This document shows, one piece after another, positions 27,221-39,904 of a stretch of DNA of 64,000 nt; within the stretch, counting starts at the first letter, position 1, and the number at the start of each line of letters is the position of its first letter. This DNA is from Basidiobolus meristosporus CBS 931.73 (taxonomy: Eukaryota > Fungi > Basidiobolomycota): positions 64,828 to 128,827 of the forward strand of contig MCFE01000207.1 of NCBI GenBank assembly GCA_002104905.1. Reading direction: 5' to 3'. A program made the translations under genes and the position numbers. The notes under the pieces were generated by a model. The model made no database searches, had not been told where the DNA came from, and saw nothing but the letters and a program-made list of their open reading frames with translations.

Positions 27221-30200
27221 ATACAAATGCACAAGTATCATGTGGCTGGCAACATATAATCCAAATACTGTCCTGATTCCAGCATGTGTTAACAGTTTCA
27301 TGGCATTCACATCTAAAAATGCTACCATTGTAACATGTCCAAATTGTCAGGAATCCACCACCATTGAGGGAACGCATTGATCACACTCTGGATACATTCA
27401 AGTCATACCCCATCTGAGGAAACTGATGCAGTCTGCCAGATATTGCAAAGCTATATAGTACTACACTCTGTATCAATCAAGAGCAAACATATCCAATATA
27501 TTTGATGGCAAACATTACAAACAGCTAAGAAGCGAGGGCTACTTTGAAGGCATAAATGACCATGCCATTGCTTCAGCACCTGATAGAATCTCATTAAACA
27601 AGTACTCTGCCACCAAATCCTGCTGGCCACTGATTCTCATCAATCTGAATCTGCCACCCATCTTATGGTATCAGAGCAATAATCTGATGGTGGTATCACT
27701 GGTATCTGGGCCTAAATCCCAGTCCAACCAGGAAAGCTACCTGTATCCATTGCTGAATGATTATTGTATGCTTTCCAGCGGGATAATGGTAAATGGCTGT
27801 GATGTAAAAGCACAAATTATTATCTGCATTGGAGATACCTCAGCCATCAGGAAGATAGCAGGCTTTTCCAGGCACATAGGACAGCATTGCTGTTGAATGT
27901 GTGAGGTCCAGGGGATTTACTCTATAGCTCACACACATTATTATTACCTAAACACCAGCACTAAGAAAATCATCTTTGCTCAGAGAGAACCTACAGAACT
28001 AAGCATGCAATTGCAGCAAAGTTGGCAAGCTATAAGTCATTGGCCAGAATATAGAATCAATTGGAAACTGGAGATACTTAAGATAGAGAGTATCTGTTGG
28101 GGCAAAAGCTTTCCACTGGGAGCAATGCATTTGCTTTTCAATAATATCCCTATACTGATGACCTAGTTGTACATGGGGCATTTCAAGCTAAATGAGCCTT
28201 TTCAGATACCAAAGAAATTTGAAAGAATTGGCAATATATTACAAAGTATTGGCTACCCTAAATACTTCTCACAGGCTCCAATCAATATTCATATGCATAT
28301 GCAACAATACAAATGCAAAGACTGTATGAGCTGGATGTGTATTTATTTAAGTGGTGTTCTGAAGCCATTCCTACCAAGAGTACATTGGAAACAATGGCAG
28401 TCATATGTTGACATTGTAGGAATATTTATCCAGAAGCAGATCATCAATTCTAACTTGAGGCATCTAGAGCGGCTGTGTGAGGAGTTTGTGACAGGGTTTG
28501 AGTGGCCATACTACAAACATACAGCTGAATGTGTAGATATCTACCGCTACTGTATCCATTCTCTACTCCATCTTGCATGGTGCATGGAGAATATTGGGCC
28601 TTGCTTCATCTTTTGGGAGTTTCCTATGGAGTGAATGTGTGGGGAGATTGGAAGACAAGTCTAGTTGCAGGTACTACCATATCTTAATCTCATCAGGAAT
28701 ATTACCTTCAAGTCTGTCATGGATGTGATGAGTTAGCACATGGAGGACAGCCAGAAAGAGTTGAAAAATATTGAGAACAAATGTGCACATGGCGACACCT
28801 ATGCCTATGGCATTAAGAAGCTAAGCAGCCCCAATGCGTCAGTAGTCAGTTAAGTAATGCAAAGTTGGGCTGGGTGCAACAAGCAACTAATTTTTATCAG
28901 AAAAACTCCACCAAGATATGTTGGATTTCTCATGGTCACAAGCCAACTTCTACACCATTCCATATGGAATTCACACCAACAAAAGCCAGAGTACACCTAT
29001 AAGTGGGACTAGAATCCAGCAGGGAAAGGATTATTGGCTAAATACCAAGAAGTTCTTTGTGGATATTCAAGAGGTATTCATGGCAGAAGTGGTGGCAACC
29101 AAGCATATGTTTGCAGCATGTATATGTTACCAGCAGTATTAGGTATATCAAAACTTTGCAAGTATCACATTAAACAGCCGTAAAGTTGAGGTGATAGAAG
29201 TATGTCAATTGCAGCAGGTGTGCATAATTGGAGAGGTTGGTAAGCGGGAGGCCATAGTTTTTTTGATTCAAACTATATATGGAATACACAAGGTAGTAGT
29301 GGGTAAGCAAACAAAGAGGGGTGATTCTACAGTGGAATAAATGAATTGCACAAGGGGAGGTAGAAAAAGAAAATACCATTTGGTAAATTGGTATTGTAGC
29401 ATCATACAGAACCAGTGGTTGACTGTCATACTGCCAATATAATGCCATCAGAGTCTTGCTGTGACACCATCAAAATACCTTCAAGTTTCTTGCCATATAA
29501 GGCTATTGGATGTCCTGACCAGCAGGATCCACTTAAAATAGTTATAGAGTGCTGAAAGACCGCAACAATACCATGCAAATATTGTGACAGCACTGATAAA
29601 ATATTGTCAAGTTTTATCCCTTTTATTGGTTGTAAAACTAGCAAAACACCGTCATGATCCCGCCATAAGATTGTAGGGAGCGTCACTAATTCCAAGCTGC
29701 TGTTATTATGATGGTCTCTAAATGGGATCTTGACGGCTGATTCAGATTGGATCCACCTGTAGGACCAAATTATTTTTGTAGGGTAACCTTTGGATCTTAA
29801 CTGCTTGCATCCTTGTCATTATATCAATATGGTAAAAGCTCCTGCTACTCTAGCTGCCTAGGTGCTCCAAGTGTCTCCAAATGCCTCTATGTGCCTTGTG
29901 CACTACCCAGAAAAGCTCCTTGATGGCAGGTCCTAGGTGTCACTGTTGAAGGTAGGTGCAGTGATCAACTGCTAATCAATAAGGGAGAAATGTTACTGAC
30001 AGAAGGGATGATTTACTGATGAGGAATTGGCCTCCCTAAAATACATTTCCTGATTGCCAAGTGACCACCTTTGATAAGATTCTAGAGGGTTTCAGGCATC
30101 AGTGTGATTTTTGATGACACTACTATGGGCTAAGAATACTCCTAGAAGGTCCCAGAAGGTTCTAAAAGGCACAGCACATCCAACCCATCAGAGATCAGTA

Positions 30201-30276
30201 GTATGAAACCTGTGTGGTGTAGAGATACCATATTTGGCATTTAAACAGTAGGGATGGTAACACAATCTTTGGCCAT

Positions 30277-31010
30277 AGACTTGTTCTGTTGGATAGTGCC
30301 ACATTGAGCCATGAGTGCCAAATGATGCCATAGTGTGCCAGAGAGGCCAAGTGAGCCTATACTTGGCCACAGAGGGTGAAACATGGATCTGCATCCTCAT
30401 GCAAAGTAGCCACTCTGTTTCACCTAAGATGCAGGAGAAAATACATTTTTTGACGTTTTTTTGCAGATCAATGTTGTACAGGATGTGTAAGAGCACAGAA
30501 GAACTGAAGACATGCATCAGGTACTCAATACCCATGGCACTCTGAATCTAGCTCCTGTGGCCTGTAACATGTCACAAAAATGAATGACACTATCTTGGTC
30601 CACTGGTACTATCTGGCACTATATTTAATTATTAGCCCCAAAGTAAGATCTATACAAAGCACTTATAGTGCCAGATAGTACCAGTGGACCAAGATAATGC
30701 CATGCATTTTTGTGACATGTTACAAGCCACAGGAGCTAGACTCAGAGTGCCATGGGTATTGAGTACCAAATGCATATTTTCAATTCTTTTGTGCTCTTAC
30801 GCATCCTGCACAACATTGACCTAAAAATAAAGGTCAAAAAATGGATTTTCTCCAACGCAATTGGTGAAACACAGGGGCTGCTTTGCATGAAGATGCAGAG
30901 CTATGTTTCACACTCTGTGGCCAGATAGAGGCTCACTTCGCCTCTCTGGCACACTATGGCATCATTTGGCACTCATGGCTCAATGTGGCACTATCCAATG
31001 GAACAAGTCT
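30277..31010. mobile_element. Foldback MITE copy 2 (734 bp)
   Basis: Same termini; TSD CAT/CAT inside a family-B LTR. Confidence 0.92.
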
Positions 31011-31139
31011 CATGAGTGATGGGTACTGACACAGGTATTTGCCCAATGTGGATATATATACTGATTGCAAAGATGATAGCCCCTGAGGGTACAAAAGGTT
31101 TGCAGCCAGCAAACAGCAGCTTAGTCCCAAGCCTACTGA

Positions 31140-31470
31140 AGGGGACTTAGTATGACTATTGAAAAAAACATTGCTACCTGCCATATTTGTGGTAATTTAG
31201 ACTAAGAGAAACTAAGTCCCTTCAAGATCTAGTGGAAGCTGAGTCCAACCACAATTACCACCAAGTATGAAGATCCATGACATGTTACATGTATCCCTCC
31301 CAGAACCATTCCATGCTAGTATTCTACCCAGCCAGCACCCAGTAAGTTGCCCAGCCATTTAAGTAGACAGGCATCAAGAGTTTGAAGATTGGCATATATT
31401 AGATTCAAAGCATTTCAGATCCCAACTTCACTACCTAGTAGACTGGAGTGGTTATAGCACATATGATTGA
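31140..31470 (+). pseudogene. Chromovirus integrase C-terminus with GPF/Y-like motif and chromodomain remnant
   Basis: EKLSPFKI; MKIHDMLHVSLPEPF; VDRHQEFEDWHILDSKHFRSQLHYLVDWSGY. Confidence 0.75.
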
Positions 31471-31735
31471 GCTTAAAAATCAGTAACGTACCAAACAGAT
31501 TGCAAAGATCTTGTTGTGCTATTTCACCAAATATATAGCAACCAGCCAAAGCCAAAGGCTTGGGCACATGACATTCTTTGCCTTCTACAACTGGGCTAAA
31601 TCAAGTTGGTGAAGAAATTCAATTCCTTCTGGAGAGTTCTATTACATTCTATCAGCCTCTTGAAAGCTCTAAGTCAACATTGTACAATGAAATATATTAT
31701 GGAAGCTTTCCATTGTATTTTTGTAGCTCAATACT

Positions 31736-32470
31736 AGACTTGTTCCGTTGGATAGTGCCACATTGAGCCATGAGTGCCAAATAATGCCATAGTGTGCCAG
31801 AGAGGCCAAGTGAGCCTCTACCTGGCCACAGAGTGTGAAACATAGCTCTGCATCTTCATGCAAAGCAGCCCTTGTGCTTCACCCATTGTGCTAGAGAAAA
31901 TCCATTTTTTTCCCTTTTTTTTTTGGATCAATTTTGTGCAGGATGTGTTAGAGCACATGCAGATTCAAGGTATGCATCTGGTACTCAATACCCATGGCAC
32001 TCTGAATCTAGCTCCTGTAGCTTGTATCATGTTACAAAAATGAATGGCACTATCTTGGTCCGCTGGTACTATCTGGCACTATATTTAAATATTAGCACTA
32101 GAGTAAGATCTATACAAAGCACGTATAGTGCCAGATAGTACCAGTGGACCAAGATAGTGCCATTCATTTTTGTAACATGATACAAGCTACAGGAGCTAGA
32201 TTCAGAGTGCCATGAGTATTGAGTACCAGATGCATATCTTCAGTTCTCCTGTGCTCTTACACATCCTGAGCTACATTGATCCACAAAAAAAGGTCAAAAA
32301 ATGGAAATTCTCCTGCGCAATGGGTGAAACACAGGGGCTGCTTTACATGAAGATGCAGAGCTATGTTTCACACTCACTGGCCAAGTGTAGGCTCACTTTA
32401 CCTCTCTGGCACATGACGGCATCATTTGGCACTCATAGCTCAATGTGGCACTATCCAATGGAATAAGTCT
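31736..32470. mobile_element. Foldback MITE copy 3 (735 bp)
   Basis: Same termini; flanks ACT/AGT (one mismatch). Confidence 0.9.
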
Positions 32471-32799
32471 AGTAGCTCCAGGACACATGACATAGTCGGC
32501 CAATCAACTGACCCCTGGCATATCCCCATGTGTCAATCCAGTCTGTTCTGTAGTAAATTGGCATCTTGACTCACGTACTATGCCTCATCCTAGAATCCCA
32601 TTAGTATTAGCCAATGTCTCTTTGTATTCATGTTGCCAGGAAGTATATATATTCCTATCTCCCCTGATGCATTCTTAGTCCAGTAAACACAGGGCTTGAA
32701 TCAACAGCATTGCTTTGGAATCTGCCTTACATTGCTGATCCATACCTACATTCTTTCCTGGTCTTGCCTTGCCCAGATTTACTATCCTGCCTTGACTCT

Positions 32800-35735
32800 A
32801 TTCATAACACCATCAGTGAGCCTTCTTCTTCAGAGTTGACACTTGGGGTGCAATATTCAGAAGGCTGAGGTGAGCCTAAAGGTGTGACAAACTCACCTAG
32901 CTCAGTTTGCCCAAGGTGACAGGCACAGCAAAGTGCTATTACAGAAGCCTCAAGTGGCCAGCCAGATAGTGTTGGTATACTAGAGACTGACAAATGATCA
33001 AATTTGATTTATGTAGCAAAACGCTGTCCATGATCATTATAATACAATGCATGCCCCATTGCTGAGAGGCTTGCTTCAATAGCCACATGGTCTTTTTTCA
33101 CTTCTCTTACTGCATTGAAGTGAAGTAATCTTCTCAAACAGGCCAATGGTCTGAAACACAACAGTGTAATGCTATTATATTGTGTTTTTGTCAGTACTCA
33201 TTTGGATGTAAGATAGTCTTATATTTGATACATTACACCAACATTAATGTAAGATTCAATGATGACCTACCATAGCAAGCATTATAAGCAGAGTTGTGGC
33301 ACCACGCACACATGTACTAATAGCAGTATTTTCCCTTTAGTTTGACCCAATTCCATATATAGTCTGCAAAAAAAATAGCAACATTGTGTGGTTCCCAACT
33401 AAACCCCACTACTGACAGCAGCAGAAGAACAGTTTGCAACAGCTTGCTCTGGCAATCAGCTCAACATTCAGAGCTACATTCAAAAAAGGACATGTTAATA
33501 GTGAGTCCACTGAAGCCAATAATGTTGTCTCCTCAGGCTCTTATTCAAGTATACAAATAAGAACTGCTGCAGACCGGTAAGCTGACTATAGTGATCAGGC
33601 AGATGCAAATGAAGCAAACACCGTACCTTTGGTTGAAGACCAGTAAGTGGCCATCAAAACATCACCATCACCTGTAATAGAAAGTAAGTTATCAGCTCAT
33701 ACAAAGCATCATTGAGGCAATTAGATGCTGTGGCTGATAGGATAGATGCAAAGACTCAGAGAAATCCAGAAAGGTCCTAAGATGGGATGAGTTGATAATA
33801 TGAGTAGATCAATCATTATCCCATACAAAGAACTCAGCATTTTTGTGGTAACAAAGGATCTTAAATATTCCAATATTACAGCCAAGAACTGAGCCATTTC
33901 CCAATGTAACATCAGAGCAACACCCAACAGTCCTTGAACCACAACAATAGTGCCAATAGATAAAGCCCTCACAAAAACCTGTTGCAGTTTGATACAGAGA
34001 GACAGAGGTGTTCAAACCCAAGTCTAAGAATCAGCTGATATTGAAGATCCATGAAGCTGTTGGGTTCAATGATGAAGATTGGGCTAATATTCAAAAGGCC
34101 ATTGTGAGTATAGCATGACATCAACCCAAGGCCAGCATACTATGGGACCATCAATAGCTCAAGGCCAGGTAGAATGAGCTTATCTGACTCTATAAATATT
34201 ATCCTGGAATTGCAGTCAGCAAACAGATTTTGGACCTACATTGGTGTGCTAGGAAAGTAACTCAAGAATAGCCAAAAAATTAAAGGCAGAAGAACAAGGG
34301 TACCACTGCTAAAAATCAACAGCTTCCTCAATGGTGTGTCACAAGCAAGGCTGAAAGCTCTATACAAGTGGCAAAGATATGTCAGATTGCCTGAAGAGGA
34401 CTAGTACTAGAGACAAGCATACAAATCAGAAGCATCAGTGCATCACTAATAAAAGAAGCTAGTTCATTACAAGCACTTGATGGCATCAGGGGTAAAAGAC
34501 CTAACTGTTGTTATGTCCACAGCTCTCTCAGGAGCCTGTTACAGGCAAAGGTGCCAAACATGCATCAAAGAAATATTAAGTTACTGGTTGAGTACTTGCT
34601 GGGGATAAGCTGGCCAGAACTTATGAACCAGTGCAGCATTCATCAAGGAGAAAATTTGGTAGCATACAAGAAACACTCAGCAAAAGTAGTAGTGATAGAC
34701 TTAGCAGTGATAAAGGTAAAGGTAAAGAGAAAATAATGTCCCCAAGCCAGAGATAGGAAGCATGAGAAAAAAGCTTTTATTCTCACCAATTAGTGCTGTC
34801 AGCCTGGAGCAGGCTGATCCCTATAATAGCCAAGAAGAAGTATACACAAGACAAAACTGATCTCAGAAGAGTAAGATGTGCTGTCATTACAGCTACACAC
34901 TAGTAAGGTATATAAGCTTGCAGAGATAAGCAACTGATCAACCACTACCACCACATACTTCATTGAACAGAGTAAAGATTCCATTGATACACAAAGCAAC
35001 AATCTCAAGATATCAAAAGACTATCACAATGCCTATGGTAGAGCTCAGGAATATTAAGTGGCACATGAAGAAGTTGCAGCACTTGTTTGAGATTGGTACT
35101 CAAGAAAATGTACTTACATATTGCAACAATTTATTGCAATACTGGTAGTTGAGATGCTAGACCTTGTAGTGCCAGCTGAATACCAGGATCCATGGGAACC
35201 AGTGAATGAACAGTTGCATAATGAAGTGTGGTTCTCACTAAATCATAGAAAAAGTGCATCACAGAACAAATACCTATTGAATGGTGGATTTTAATGGAGT
35301 TACTTGTCAAGTGTGGCATTGAGCCTAAAGTCAGTGTAGCATATAGGGACTTATATAGGTTAGTACAGCTTTCAATTGATTATATAATTGAAGTTTCAGT
35401 AGAGATATACCATTTGTATGCATGAAAAGTAGCAAAATTGATTGATTCATGAAGCAATGAGTATGAAGAAGTGACAATAGCCAATCAATTTATATAAATG
35501 TAGGAGGTGGTTTTATGTCCAGAATCATAATGTGAGTGAATTGACAGAGAGCCAGCTCAAAGTCACAGATTTATTGTTATGACTAAAATTTGATAAGTTT
35601 ATTGTGAAATTTAGTATACAATAATTTCTTTGATAGTCTTTGCACAATATCCCAATGGGAACAGTACCTCCTAGTAATAGGATTTAATCTTGTGGAGGCC
35701 TTTTGACAGGATCATCACATTTATTCTTAAAGAAA
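32800..35735. mobile_element. Reversed CACTA-like copy: transposase N-terminus (-), ORF2 (+), degenerate left terminus
   Basis: Homologous to the reverse complement of 18480-22000; ORF 32802-32993 matches 40576-40775. Confidence 0.65.
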
Positions 35736-35859
35736 TATTACAGCAAAGTATAAGTATCTTATTCATCCAATGGATGTAAATACTGCATTTCTGAATGGGG
35801 GCCTTGATATGATGTGCAAATAAACCGGCCTGATTGGTTTGTAGACCAAGAAACCCCAC

Positions 35860-37680
35860 ATGGACTGCACTGTTAGGAAACCTCTATAGAGTTCAAAATA
35901 CTCACCAAGAGCCTAGTCTTTTGAGTTTTTGACATTGTTGCTTTGTCTATCAGTGGAGTCCCCACTCTGTCTACAATGGAGGATGTGGATGGAGTGGTAG
36001 ACAAGTTGCTGTTCACTGCAAACTCATCTGCCTCACTGGAGTGTAGCTTGACTGACTGAGCTTCCAACTCTTAGCAAAGCAGCTTTTGTCTTGTTGGTCA
36101 ATCTTACTGGTTATTATGGGATTCAGCCTATTCTGGACTGGCAACTTTGATTAGTGGGAGCTGCAGCTTTATCTTACACTTCCCTCTCTCTGGCCAGAAA
36201 ATAGACTTGTTCCGTTGGATAGTGCCATATTGAGCCATGGGTGCCAAATAGTGCCATTGCATGCCAGAAAGGCATAGCCAACCTAAACCTGGCCACTAAG
36301 TGTGAAACATGACTCTTCATCTTCATGCAAAGCAGCCCCTGTGCTTCACCCATTGCGCTGGAGAATATCCATTTTTTGACCTTTTTTTTTGTATCAATGT
36401 TGTGCAGGATGTGTAAGAGCACAACAAGATTGAAGACATACATTCAATACTCAATACCCATAGCACTCTGAATCTAGCTCCTGTGACTTGTATCATGTCA
36501 CAAAAATGCACGGCACTATCTTGGTCCGCTGTTACTATCTGGCACTATATTTAAATATTAGCCCTAAAGTAAAACCTATATAAAGTACTTATAGTGCCAG
36601 ATAGTAACAGTGGACCAAGATAGTGCCATTCATTTTTGTGACATGATACAAGCCACAGGAGCTAGATTCAAAGTGCCATGGGTATTGAGTATTGGATGCA
36701 TGTCTTCAATTTTGTTGTGCTCTTACACATCCTGCACAACATTGATACAAAAAAAAAGGTCAAAAAATGGATATTCTGCAGCACAATGGGTGAAAGACAG
36801 GGGCTGCTTTGCATGAAGATGTAGAGCTATGTTTCACACTCTGTGGCCATGTATAGGCTTACTAGGCCTCCTTGGCACACTATGGCATCATTTGGCACTC
36901 ATGGCTCAATGTGGCACTATCCAACAGAACAGGTCTAATATCTTCTCACTTTCACATAACCTTTACCATTACCAAGTCTTCAGAGGTACTGTGACTGAGC
37001 GCTTCTTGTACTGAACTACATTTTCCCCTTGATAAATGCTGCACTGATGCATGTGTTTCTACCTGCTGGTCCCTTGCAGGCACTGACCTGACAACACAAC
37101 ACTTCTTTGCCTCTTGTTCAGAACCTTTACCTGCTTGTGAGAGGCTCCAGAGAAAGCTGTGGGCTTTTATGGCTGTTTTTTGTTTCACCAAAAGTGTAAC
37201 TGAGTGCTTCTTGTAATGGACAAGCTTCTTTTTTCAGTAGTGATGAACTGATTCATCAAGTCTTGCATGCTTGTCTCTTACTGGCACTCTTCTGGCTACC
37301 TGACATTTGTATGCTACTTGCACAGAGCCTTCAGTCCTGCTTGTGACAAGCTGTTGAGGAAGCCGCTGGTTTTTAGTGGCAGCACCCTTGTTCTTCTACC
37401 TTTGATACTTTCTGCTATTCTGGAAATACTTTCTTAGCATAACATTGCTGTGCCAAAATAAGTTTGCTTACTTAAGTCTAGGATTATGCTCATGGAACTG
37501 GTCAAGCACATTCTGCTTTGCCCTGAGTTCCTGATAGACCAATGATATGCTGGCCTTGAGGTGATTCCTTGCTAGATTTCTAACAGCCTCTTGAATATTA
37601 GCCCATGCTTCAGCATTACACTCAGCACATTCCCAGGCCTTCAATGCCTTTTGACTTTTAGACTTGGGTATAAACTGCTG
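35860..37680 (-). mobile_element. CACTA ORF2 fragment carrying MITE 4
   Basis: AWANIQEAVRNLARNHLKASI..Q..K..VLDQFHEHNPRL matches 42280-42430 and 20560-20720. Confidence 0.65.
36203..36936. mobile_element. Foldback MITE copy 4 (734 bp, divergent subfamily)
   Basis: AGACTTG...CAGGTCT; TSD AAT/AAT. Confidence 0.9.
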
Positions 37681-37739
37681 CAATACTCTGATAACTATTG
37701 GAACTGATGTGGAGAACTAGTGAATTTACCTGTCATTCA

Positions 37740-39903
37740 CTTTTATACATGTTGGTCAAAAAAAAGCCACCTACAATACCACAGCTCAGAGGTACTACTG
37801 GGAAAACACGTATTATGATATCCAACACTTTGTTGAGTCATCTGTAGCCTGCCAGAAGAGATCCTCCAAGCATTATGAAGAGCCACTGCATCCTACTTAC
37901 ACAATCTGTCTATGGCAAAAGGTTGGTATTGACCTTGTCCACATGCAAACAGCTTAATCAGAAAAGTACCTGATTATTGCTAGAGATGACATTAGTGGAT
38001 GGGCAGAGGCTTGAGCCTTGCGCAACAACAAGAGCCATACCATACGGAGATTTATACTTGAAGACATCATCTGCAGATTTGGCGGCATCCAACAGTCTGT
38101 TGCTGACAGAGGAGAGATGACATCCCAAATGATCTAGGAGTTGTCCTCAAAGTACAAGATACACATTGCTTTTACAACAGCGTACCACCCTCAAGCCAAT
38201 GGAATGATAGAGAGGAGACATGGACCATTGGTGAACTCTCTTGTCAAGACCAGTGAGAATAACACAACACTGTGGCCACAGCAATTACATCTTGCACTCT
38301 GGGCAGATAGAAATACTACCAAGAAAACAACTGGATTATTGACATTCAAGCTACCCTATGGACATGACTGCATACTACCAGTTGAGTTAAACACAGTCAC
38401 TTGGAACTCATTGAATTGGAGATCCAATATGCAGACTGAAGACCTCCTTGCAACTCGCATATGGCAACTTGATCACCATGATTTGAATATCAGCAGAGCT
38501 GCTGAACAACTTAAGGATACACAACTGAAGAGCAAGGAGCCCTTTGACAAATAACACCCAACAAGTCCAAAACTACTATCACTAGGAGACCCAGTATTAC
38601 TCTATGATTCCACCTTGGACAAACAATGGAGTTGGAAGTTTGACAACAAATGGACTGGCCCCTACCTCATTTCCAAAGTGATTGGAAATGGAAGTTATTA
38701 CATATCCAAGCTTGACAACACCCAGTTGAGAGCACCAGTTGCAGGAAACCAGCTTAAGTTATTCAAGCATAGGAATTTCACACATCAAGATTAATTTGCT
38801 TTGACCTAAGCACAAAGCTGCAACAGGGGTGGATGTAGTGGGGTGACAGTGACACCCACTGACAGATGTGGTCATTCCCATATTTTCTACTTCCCTATAT
38901 CTCTACTACACTTATTCTAGTTTTATCCCATTTGTTGTACCTGATGAGTACTATCCCATAAGCTGGTTGACTATCCCACCTGCTTACCTTATTACATAAG
39001 TTACCCCTCACTTTATGCAAGATTACTAGCTATAAGTGCTTCTATATTAGGCAAGAACCTGCACCAGTGCCCGTGACACATGATCAACCCGTGTCACCAT
39101 CCCTACCATTTCTGTACCATATATGTTATCCCTATATTATACAGGCTTCAGAATACCAATTCCTGATTGGTTGGATGTGCTGCACCTCTTAGAACCTTCC
39201 GGCACCTACTTGGAAGATTCTTAGGTCATTCTGATGTCATAAAGATTGCTATTGATATCTGGAACCTTCTGGAACACCATGATTAGTAATCAATTAGCCA
39301 GTAAGAAAAGTATTTAAGGGAGGCTATCCCTCAGCAATAAATCATCATCCCTTTTATCAATATACCAACTTGTTGATTAGTGTGATCACTGCTACCTGCT
39401 GCTACCTGAGCTTCCAACCCCAGACCACAGGACACTCCCAGAAAACCGTGCTGACAGCCAACTGACCTTGGAGGCACCACTTGTGAGGAATACTCAGAGT
39501 AGGTTTCTATTATTATATTTGATTCTTTCCCAAGTTTGTTCTTGTACAGGCAAAGATACTCTTCTGTCTTTGTAACTATTGACCACAGCTGCATTCTCAT
39601 CAAGTCCCTGCTGGTGTAGTATACAGTTGTTTTGACTTTGGAAGCTTTAGTACATTGTCATCTCAAAGGAGGCTGAACCCAGCACATACTTTTGTTAAGA
39701 CACCAACTAAGTTGGGGATTGTAGCTCAATAGCTTTCCCTTGACAAGCTTGTGGCTTTATTCCCCATCACATTAGATTAGAGACAGAACCCAAGTATTCC
39801 CAACAAGCTTTTGTCAGAGATTATTGCACCCAGCAAACACCCCACACTCAAAAACTTGAGAAGTGTTGGATGTATTTCTCCCTTGGACTTATACACCACC
39901 ACA
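37740..39903 (+). mobile_element. 3' end of an integrase-bearing family-B gypsy element: integrase remnant, PPT and long-variant LTR (38834-39903)
   Basis: WQKVGIDLV, IARDDISGWAEA, TTAYHPQANGMIER, KWTGPY; PPT AACAGGGGTGGA; LTR TGTAG...CCACA homologous to 5345-6147. Confidence 0.85.
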
Positions 39904-39904
39904 A

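Larger units (their letters stand above)
21957..29140 (+). pseudogene. CACTA Tnp2-family transposase, split by the gypsy element (21957-22283 and 27225-29140)
   Basis: ACVNSFMAF, CPNC, FDGKHY, CWPLILINLNLPP, GPK, IGDTSAIRK, MHLLFNNI, HSLLHLAWCMENIGP..WEFPME; many stop codons. Confidence 0.85.
18480..29783. mobile_element. Full-length CACTA/EnSpm (CMC)-like DNA transposon, about 5.6 kb after removing nested insertions
   Basis: TIRs CCCTATGAAAAATTATT (18480) and AATTATTTTTGTAGGG (ending 29783); 3-bp TSD TAG/TAA; Tnp2-type transposase remnants; divergent ORF2. Confidence 0.85.
18406..31060 (-). repeat. Family-B LTR split into 18406-18479 and 29784-31060 by the CACTA element, and again by MITE 2
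   Basis: GGGTGCAA-TAG at 18469-18479 continues as TAACCTTTGGATC at 29784, collinear with the intact LTRs at about 5410 and 8530. Confidence 0.8.
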
